Shown here in pieces: positions 1-4,792 of a stretch of 5,802 nt of DNA. The position numbers were made by a program, and so were the translations under genes. Within the stretch, counting starts at the first letter, position 1; each line of letters starts with the position of its first letter. The notes under the pieces were generated by a model. It saw nothing but the letters and a program-made list of their open reading frames with translations, made no database searches and had not been told where the DNA came from. The DNA comes from a virus. The DNA lies in the IMG/VR virus record IMGVR_UViG_3300045988_019603, positions 1 through 5,802 of that record; one strand, given 5' to 3'.

Positions 1-119
1 GATGCACGCAACGGCCGAGGCAGCAGCAGAAACACTAGAACAGCTGAAACAGATGCAGCAGACCGAACAACCGAAGCAGAACGAACAGCCAAAGCAGCCG
101 AAACCGGAAGAAAAAAAGA
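1..119. repeat. Terminal redundancy, copy 1 (identical to 5684..5802); marks a circular genome
   Basis: Base-by-base comparison shows 119/119 identity with the last 119 nt of the window. Confidence 0.95.
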
Positions 120-151
120 AAGAGGTGAAGGAAAACGAACCGAAACAGTGA
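1..151 (+). CDS. VP3: Putative internal scaffolding protein (VP3-like), 3' portion of a gene that wraps the circular junction (continues from 5388..5683)
   Basis: The frame starting at nt 2 is open to TGA 149-151. Nt 1-119 are identical to 5684-5802, where the same frame is open back to ATG 5388. The joined ORF is 444 nt (148 aa) plus a stop. It ends in a charged low-complexity tail (QPKQNEQPKQPKPEEKKKEVKENEPKQ). Its size and its position directly upstream of VP1 fit gokushovirus VP3. Sequence-level resemblance is weak by eye. Confidence 0.6.
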   Translation, partial: MHATAEAAAETLEQLKQMQQTEQPKQNEQPKQPKPEEKKKEVKENEPKQ

Positions 152-176
152 GAACCATTTCGCGCAAGTGCCGCGG

Positions 177-1868
177 ATGGAACGACCGCGAAGCAGATTT
201 GACCGGAGTCACCAACTCTTAACGACCATCAACGAAGGAGACCTAGTACCCATCTACTACGATGAGGTACTTCCGGGCGATACAGCAAAAGTACACCTTA
301 ACGGCCTTATCCGCATGAGCACACCAATCTATCCTATCATGGATAACTGTTACATGGATACATATTTCTTCTTTGTTCCGTGCCGTCTGCTGTGGGAGCA
401 CTGGGAGAACATGTTCGGCGAGAACGACACCGACTACTGGGCAGAAAAAACCGAATATTCCACACCGACATGCAAAATCGGCGGAAAAAGCGGACTGAAC
501 AACGGAAGCATAGGAGACTATTTCGGGCTTCCGACCGAGGTAAAAGGAGAAATCAAAGTAAACGCGCTGCCAGCACGCGCTTACGCCATGATTTATAATG
601 AGTGGTTCAGAGATGAAAACCTAGAAGCGCCAATGATGCTAGGCTACAAAAAAACGGATGAAGCGGGAAACGATGACGACCCGGCAAACGGAAACGATAT
701 GAACGCAAACATACCGTCGGTCACCACGATAACGAATGAAGCATACATTTACGGAAAAAGGCCAGCGAAAGCGGGAAAGTTTCACGACTACTTCACATCC
801 TGTCTGCCGTCACCGTTGAAAAATGACCCTATGGAGATCAACCTGACAGGTGATGCACCAGTAGTTATGGGCACCTACAACAGCGAAACAGGCAAGGTTG
901 AACCGTATAAAATGAACACGGATATCTGGTTCAACGGCACCGGCGTAGGCGCAGGACGGGCATTCAACCGAACTACCACGATTCCGACACCGGGATTTCC
1001 GGCGCTAGAACTGGCGGGTGTAGAAACCAACGGCGCAGCAACTGACCCAGAAGGAAACAACATCATAATGGGCGATCTGTACGCCAACCTGAGCAACGTG
1101 TCCGCAATCAACATTGCGGACCTACGCATGGCGATCGCCTTGCAGCATATCTTTGAAGCAGATGCACGCAACGGCACAAGGTACAGAGAGTTCCTTTCCG
1201 GCACATGGGGCATAACATCACCGGACAGCCGGCTTCAGATTCCTGAGTACATCGGCGGGCAGCGCATTGCAATCAATGTCAATCAGGTCGTTCAGACAAG
1301 CCAGACGGACACCACGACCGGACAGGCATTGGGCAATACGGCAGCATACAGTCTGACCACATGCAGCAAGCAGATGGTAGACTATGCAGCAACCGAATAC
1401 GGCTATATCATTGGTCTGGCAGTGGTACGAGTAGAGCACAGCTATCAGCAAGGACTTGCGACAAAGTGGACACGCGGCGGGCGGTTCACATACTACGACC
1501 CGCGATTAGCAGCGCTAGGCGAACAGCCAGTATATAATCGTGAAATCTATGCACAAGGCACTCCCGAAGATGAAGAAATCTTCGGCTACCAGGAGGCTTG
1601 GGCGGATTACCGCTACAAGCCATCTTACATAACTGGAGAAATGCGGTCGAACTATAAGACCAGTTTGGACGCATGGCACTATGCAGACGATTATAACAAA
1701 CTCCCACGTCTCTCGGCAGAGTGGATTCAAGAAGGACAAGAGAACATTGACCGAACGATTGCAGTAACAAGCAACGTATCACACCAGTTCTTGTGTGACT
1801 TCTATTTCACAGAAGAATGGTATCGCGAAATGCCTATTTACAGTATTCCCGGCATCGAGAGAATCTAA
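177..1868 (+). CDS. VP1: Microviridae major capsid protein VP1 (F-protein family), 563 aa
   Basis: The N-terminus MERPRSRFDRSHQLLTTINEGDLVPIYYDEVLPGDT...FFFVPCRLLWEHWENMF matches the conserved gokushovirus VP1 signature (FD-SH, G-L-P, EVLPGD, FFVP-RL-W). The size is typical. ATG 177 is preferred over the track's in-frame GTG 168. No canonical SD lies upstream of either start. The stop is TAA 1866-1868. Confidence 0.95.
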   Translation: MERPRSRFDRSHQLLTTINEGDLVPIYYDEVLPGDTAKVHLNGLIRMSTPIYPIMDNCYMDTYFFFVPCRLLWEHWENMFGENDTDYWAEKTEYSTPTCKIGGKSGLNNGSIGDYFGLPTEVKGEIKVNALPARAYAMIYNEWFRDENLEAPMMLGYKKTDEAGNDDDPANGNDMNANIPSVTTITNEAYIYGKRPAKAGKFHDYFTSCLPSPLKNDPMEINLTGDAPVVMGTYNSETGKVEPYKMNTDIWFNGTGVGAGRAFNRTTTIPTPGFPALELAGVETNGAATDPEGNNIIMGDLYANLSNVSAINIADLRMAIALQHIFEADARNGTRYREFLSGTWGITSPDSRLQIPEYIGGQRIAINVNQVVQTSQTDTTTGQALGNTAAYSLTTCSKQMVDYAATEYGYIIGLAVVRVEHSYQQGLATKWTRGGRFTYYDPRLAALGEQPVYNREIYAQGTPEDEEIFGYQEAWADYRYKPSYITGEMRSNYKTSLDAWHYADDYNKLPRLSAEWIQEGQENIDRTIAVTSNVSHQFLCDFYFTEEWYREMPIYSIPGIERI

Positions 1869-1878
1869 GAAAGGAGGA

Positions 1879-1904
1879 AGCCCCGCAAAAGCGGGGCTAT
1901 TTTT
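1879..1904 (+). terminator. Rho-independent terminator-like hairpin after VP1, lying between the VP2 SD and the VP2 start codon
   Basis: The stem AGCCCCGC (1879-1886) pairs with GCGGGGCT (1891-1898) around loop AAAA, and ATTTTT follows. The SD AAGGAGGA (1871-1878) sits immediately 5' and ATG 1907 immediately 3'. Confidence 0.7.
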
Positions 1905-1906
1905 GA

Positions 1907-2779
1907 ATGGAAACATTATTAAAACTTTTGCCATCACTCATGAAAGGACTGAGTATATTAACAGGCATCATAACGAACAGTAACCAGAGCAGCGCCAAAA
2001 ACAGCCAAGGAACAGGCAGCGAGAGCAGCACAGGCAGCGAGACCACAACCGGCAGCGTAACAGCACCGCAGCAGATAGGAGCAACGCAAATCAGCACGCC
2101 AACAGGTATTACCACATTCGGCAACCAGAGCAGCGTAAACACCGCAAACGCACTGCAAATGATGAGCGGACTGCTGAGCAACATCGCAAATGCTGGAAGC
2201 CAAGCAAGCGCCAAGAAGTACAACAGCGCAGAAGCAGCAGCAGAAAGAGCGTTTCAGAAAGAGATGCGTGGGACGGCCTATCAGGATACCGTAAAGGACA
2301 TGATAGCAGCGGGCATCAATCCTATTCTAGCAGCAACCAACGGGGCAACAAGCGCACCATCAGGAGCGTCTGCAAGCATTGGAAGCCAACACTATAACCA
2401 GCAGAGCGCACAGGCAGCAAGCGTATCCGCAATGTACGAATACGGCAACAACACGGCAGAACTGGCAGACAAATACTTAAAACTGGCAAAACAGAGCACC
2501 AGCGCAAAACAATTTAAGAGCGCGAAAAGCTGGGAACAGGCAGCGAGCGAGCTGGCAACCTCAAGCGCAAAACAGGCACAACAGTACACCTATACAGCTA
2601 ACAAATTGGGCTCAGGCCTTGCGAAAGCAGGAGAAAAAGCCAAAGACGCAGCAAAAAAGGCTGGTAAAGCAGCCAAAGAAGGCGTTGACAAAGTGGCAGA
2701 AGATACTATCAACAAGGCAGCAAGAAGACGCAAACTAATAGATGGATTCAAATCTGGAAAAACATACACAGGAGACTAA
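1907..2779 (+). CDS. VP2: Microviridae minor capsid / DNA pilot protein VP2, 290 aa
   Basis: It contains the conserved VP2 core motif ...AERAFQKEMRGTAYQDTVKDMIAAGINPILA... (TAYQ-x5-DM-x2-AG-NP-LA). It has a hydrophobic N-terminus, a Ser/Thr/Gly/Gln-rich region and an Ala/Lys-rich C-terminus. Its position directly after VP1 is the expected one. Confidence 0.85.
   Translation: METLLKLLPSLMKGLSILTGIITNSNQSSAKNSQGTGSESSTGSETTTGSVTAPQQIGATQISTPTGITTFGNQSSVNTANALQMMSGLLSNIANAGSQASAKKYNSAEAAAERAFQKEMRGTAYQDTVKDMIAAGINPILAATNGATSAPSGASASIGSQHYNQQSAQAASVSAMYEYGNNTAELADKYLKLAKQSTSAKQFKSAKSWEQAASELATSSAKQAQQYTYTANKLGSGLAKAGEKAKDAAKKAGKAAKEGVDKVAEDTINKAARRRKLIDGFKSGKTYTGD
2012..2065 (+). repeat. Degenerate 18-nt tandem repeat x3 inside VP2 (TGSESS / TGSETT / TGSVTA)
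   Basis: The copies are ACAGGCAGCGAGAGCAGC (2012-2029), ACAGGCAGCGAGACCACA (2030-2047) and ACCGGCAGCGTAACAGCA (2048-2065). They are in frame with VP2. Confidence 0.7.
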
Positions 2780-2785
2780 GAAAGG

Positions 2786-2815
2786 AAGGGGGATGGCAAA
2801 ACATCCCCCTTTTTT
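2786..2815 (+). terminator. Rho-independent terminator after VP2
   Basis: A 10-bp stem, AAGGGGGATG (2786-2795) paired with CATCCCCCTT (2802-2811), encloses loop GCAAAA. The T-run continues to 2815. Confidence 0.75.
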
Positions 2816-2981
2816 AGTAACAATAATCCAGAAAATAGAGAATGTGGAAAACTTGAGTTTTCAACACTTTCAACAGGTTTTCAACAACAAGTTGCACAAA
2901 GAAATTCGTCATAATGACGAACTTTCAACAATTCAACAAGTTTTCAACAAAGTTTTCAACAGGCAAAAAGGCAATAAATAA
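2793..2981 (+). CDS. Doubtful 62-aa ORF across the iteron region (hypothetical; probably non-coding)
   Basis: ATG 2793 follows AAGGA (2782-2786) but lies inside the terminator stem. The ORF body is made of the TTCAACA repeats, which fall in all three codon phases. The region is also visibly T-richer than the genes. The track's longer version (2742 start) overlaps the VP2 3' end. Confidence 0.2.
   Translation: MAKHPPFLVTIIQKIENVENLSFQHFQQVFNNKLHKEIRHNDELSTIQQVFNKVFNRQKGNK
2858..2961 (+). repeat. Iteron array: seven direct copies of TTCAACA (extended (G)TTTTCAACA), three upstream and four downstream of a hairpin
   Basis: TTCAACA starts at 2860, 2869 and 2880, then at 2924, 2932, 2943 and 2955. 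Spacings are 8-12 nt. I spotted no exact TTCAACA anywhere else in the window. A degenerate copy, GAGTTTTCAAAAG, is at 3003-3015. Confidence 0.8.
2901..2926 (+). promoter_or_regulatory. Hairpin at the centre of the iteron array (candidate origin or operator stem-loop)
   Basis: The core stem is TTCGTC (2905-2910) paired with GACGAA (2916-2921), with loop ATAAT. Bulging C2922 extends it by GAAA (2901-2904) paired with TTTC (2923-2926). Confidence 0.5.
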
Positions 2982-3024
2982 ACGTAGTAACGTTAAAAAA
3001 ACGAGTTTTCAAAAGTTTCCACGC

Positions 3025-3042
3025 TACTACTACTACTACTAC
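3025..3042. repeat. Perfect (TAC)6 trinucleotide microsatellite in non-coding DNA
   Basis: TACTACTACTACTACTAC is read directly at 3025-3042. Confidence 0.95.
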
Positions 3043-3077
3043 AACAAGTTAATATATAAAGGAAGCGAGGTGTCAAA

Positions 3078-3108
3078 CGGCACAAGATAGACAAGGAAGC
3101 TTGTGCCG
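3078..3108 (+). promoter_or_regulatory. Perfect 9-bp hairpin immediately upstream of the VP4 start; SD-like AAGGAAG lies in the loop
   Basis: CGGCACAAG (3078-3086) pairs with CTTGTGCCG (3100-3108). The 13-nt loop ATAGACAAGGAAG contains AAGGAAG (3093-3099). The alternative in-frame GTG 3103 lies in the 3' arm. ATG 3118 is 10 nt downstream. Confidence 0.5.
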
Positions 3109-3117
3109 GTAACAAAA

Positions 3118-4107
3118 ATGCCATGTACAAAACCATTAGTATTTCAGATGGATACGAAAAAACCGCAACTGTGGGGAAGTCTGGAAAACCTATCAAAGCA
3201 AGGACTGCAAGCGGACATCATGGACGGAATCAAAAAAGGAAAATTCGCATTGTTACCATGCGGTAAATGCGAGTATTGCCGCAAACAGATGGCAGAACAA
3301 TGGGCAACAAGAATAGAGCTAGAAGCCAAAGAGTGGGACGATGTGATTTTTCTAACGCTAACATATGACGATGATCATATCCCATACGGCGAAATTATCA
3401 AAGGCTACAAAAGCATTCAAAGTCAGACAGTGAGCAAGCGAGACGTGCAACTATTCCTAAAACGGCTACGGAAAGCGTACAAAAAGCCAATAAAATACTT
3501 CCTAGCAGCCGAATATGGAGACAGAACAAAAAGACCACACTATCACGCGATAGTATTTGGACTGAAGCCACCCGATGCACAATGGTATAAAAACCAAAAG
3601 GGCAACAGCTACTTTAAAAGCGAGTGGTTGCAAAAAATCTGGGGGAAGGGCATGATAGACTTTTCACCAGCACAGCCGGGCAGCTACGCATATGTGGCGC
3701 AGTACGTCAACAAGAAAGCCATAGGCGCAGAGCAAGAGGCTAAATACTGGATGGAAGGTCGAGAACCAGAGTTCCGAATCATGTCGAAAGGCATCGGCGA
3801 AAAATATCTGAAAGAACATAAAGATGAAATCTTGAAAACAGATAACATCATATGCGCAGGAGGACGCTCAAAAAGGCCTCCACGCTATTTTGATAAGATT
3901 CTAGATAAAGATACCAGCCAAGACACAGAAAGCTACTTTAAAGCACATTCTGAAAAACTAAGAGAGGTTAGAGCCAAACGCAGACGCAACGCAATACAAA
4001 GTTTAATCAATATCGAACAAAGCACCAGCGTAGATTATGAAACCTATCTCAACATTCAGAAAGAAAAAAACAAGCTAAAGCAAAAGTGGCGTGAGCCGAA
4101 AGCATGA
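3118..4107 (+). CDS. VP4: Microviridae replication initiation protein VP4 (HUH rolling-circle endonuclease), 329 aa
   Basis: The N-terminus MPCTKP is typical (M-x-C-x-x-P). A Cys cluster follows (LPCGKCEYCR). Motif 1 is FLTLTYDD. The HUH motif PHYHAIVF has H-Y-H at 3538-3546. The two-tyrosine motif YVAQYVNK is at 3691-3714. An alternative start at GTG 3103 (5 codons longer, nearer the SD-like AAGGAAG) cannot be excluded. Confidence 0.93.
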   Translation: MPCTKPLVFQMDTKKPQLWGSLENLSKQGLQADIMDGIKKGKFALLPCGKCEYCRKQMAEQWATRIELEAKEWDDVIFLTLTYDDDHIPYGEIIKGYKSIQSQTVSKRDVQLFLKRLRKAYKKPIKYFLAAEYGDRTKRPHYHAIVFGLKPPDAQWYKNQKGNSYFKSEWLQKIWGKGMIDFSPAQPGSYAYVAQYVNKKAIGAEQEAKYWMEGREPEFRIMSKGIGEKYLKEHKDEILKTDNIICAGGRSKRPPRYFDKILDKDTSQDTESYFKAHSEKLREVRAKRRRNAIQSLINIEQSTSVDYETYLNIQKEKNKLKQKWREPKA

Positions 4108-4205
4108 CGCGCACAGCGCTAAAAAGGAATGGATTTAGCCGAGTTCCGCATACGCTACACACGGCAGAGCGCTAAAGCGCTTTCAAAACAAAGGAGCAAA
4201 ACCGG

Positions 4206-4239
4206 GTTACAAAAGAAAGTTACAATTTTATTACAAAAC
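4206..4239 (+). repeat. Three direct repeats of (G/A)TTACAA upstream of the peptidase promoter
   Basis: TTACAA occurs at 4207-4212, 4220-4225 and 4231-4236. Spacings are 13 and 11 nt, roughly one helical turn. Confidence 0.5.
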
Positions 4240-4261
4240 GGGAAAATCAATAAAAAACCTA

Positions 4262-4278
4262 TTGACATATGATATAAT
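4262..4278 (+). promoter_or_regulatory. Extended -10 sigma-70-type promoter (TGATATAAT) for the peptidase and downstream genes
   Basis: TG is at 4270-4271 and a consensus TATAAT at 4273-4278. A consensus TTGACA (4262-4267) is only 5 nt upstream, so it is not at functional -35 spacing. The call rests on the extended -10 alone. Confidence 0.5.
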
Positions 4279-4397
4279 AGAATCGAAAAAAAGAGAGGTA
4301 AACACCATGAAAAAGTAAAAATTCCTAGTAAGAGTATACTTCAAGAACAATACAACAGAATAGACCAAACACTTGAGTTTTAAAGAGGTTGACAAAA

Positions 4398-4790
4398 ATG
4401 CTTAAAAGCTATATCATGAACACAGACGGAAATGTACAGCTTACAAGACACTTCAAAGTAAAAGAATTTGCATGTAAAGACGGCAGTCCAGTAGTATTCA
4501 TAGACGACTACCTATACACCGTTCTGGATATCTTACGACATAAGATAGGAAAACCGGTAATCATTACCAGCGGATACAGAACACCAGAGTGGAACAAAAA
4601 ATGCAGTGGAGCAAAATACAGCTATCACATGCGCGGTATGGCAGCAGACATCCGGGCCGATGGCATGAGTGCAAAAGAGCTTGCCAACAAACTGGATGAA
4701 ATCGTCCCGGATGAATGCGGCATTATCGTATACAACAACTGGGTGCACTTTGATGTACGACCCGGGAAAAAATACAGAAAGGGGGTGTAA
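4398..4790 (+). CDS. Zinc D,D-/L,D-peptidase of the M15 (LAS / VanY-like, Peptidase_M15_3-type) family; probable cell-wall hydrolase or lysin, 130 aa
   Basis: The motif series is F-x-x-x-EF-x-C, SGYRTPEWN, S-Y-H-MRGMAAD (His77-x6-Asp84, codons 4626-4628 and 4647-4649) and WVHFD (His117, 4746-4748). This gives the H-x6-D...H zinc triad of M15/LAS enzymes. The SD AAAGAGG (4382-4388) lies 9 nt before ATG 4398. The track's TTG 4389 start abuts the SD and is unlikely. Confidence 0.85.
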   Translation: MLKSYIMNTDGNVQLTRHFKVKEFACKDGSPVVFIDDYLYTVLDILRHKIGKPVIITSGYRTPEWNKKCSGAKYSYHMRGMAADIRADGMSAKELANKLDEIVPDECGIIVYNNWVHFDVRPGKKYRKGV

Positions 4791-4792
4791 CA

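Noticed and set aside
1-119. The terminal 119-nt direct repeat considered as LTR-like repeats, attachment sites or a transposon boundary.
   Set aside because: The two copies are 100% identical, sit exactly at the two window ends, and an ORF reads continuously through the join. This is the signature of a circular molecule linearised with overlap, not of a biological repeat.
380-598. A 72-aa extremely basic ORF in an alternative + frame inside VP1, considered as a phiX-style overlapping gene.
   Set aside because: It has no SD. Its Arg/Lys richness follows from the purine-rich strand read out of frame. It lies across the most conserved N-terminal VP1 segment. Nothing distinguishes it from a chance open frame.
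1795-1983. A 62-aa + strand ORF spanning the VP1 3' end, the terminator and the VP2 5' end.
   Set aside because: It reads through the terminator hairpin and overlaps two supported genes out of frame. It has no SD and no recognisable motif.
2858-2961. The TTCAACA repeat array considered as a CRISPR array or as a tandem peptide repeat.
   Set aside because: The repeat units are 7-10 nt at 8-12 nt periodicity, far too short for CRISPR repeats and spacers. The copies fall in three different codon phases, so the array is not a peptide repeat.
3046-3070. A dif/XerCD-type recombination site, since some Microviridae integrate through Xer. The reverse complement of 3046-3070 (CCTCGCTTCCTTTATATATTAACTTG) shares CTTCCT and an ATATATTA core with my recollection of the Bacillus dif site. 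CATAATG in the hairpin at 2910-2916 resembles part of E. coli dif.
   Set aside because: The matches are confined to the AT-rich centre. The well-conserved XerD arm (TTATGT-AAA-type) is absent in both cases, and no imperfect 11-6-11 palindrome is present.
4108-4210. A tRNA or other structured RNA gene suggested by the GC-rich palindromic stretch (AGCGCT x3, GCCG...CGGC).
   Set aside because: I could not build a cloverleaf, and there is no GTTCRANYC-type T-loop or D-loop signature. The stems are short (4-7 bp) and mutually exclusive.
4129-4272. A 47-aa + strand ORF (MDLAEFRIRYTRQSAKALSKQRSKTGLQKKVTILLQNGKINKKPIDI) in the VP4-peptidase intergenic region.
   Set aside because: The only SD-like sequence (AAAGGA) abuts the ATG with no spacer. 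The Lys-rich sequence is what an A-rich spacer yields. The ORF runs through the TTACAA repeats and ends inside the promoter. It is kept as a possibility but is too weak to annotate.
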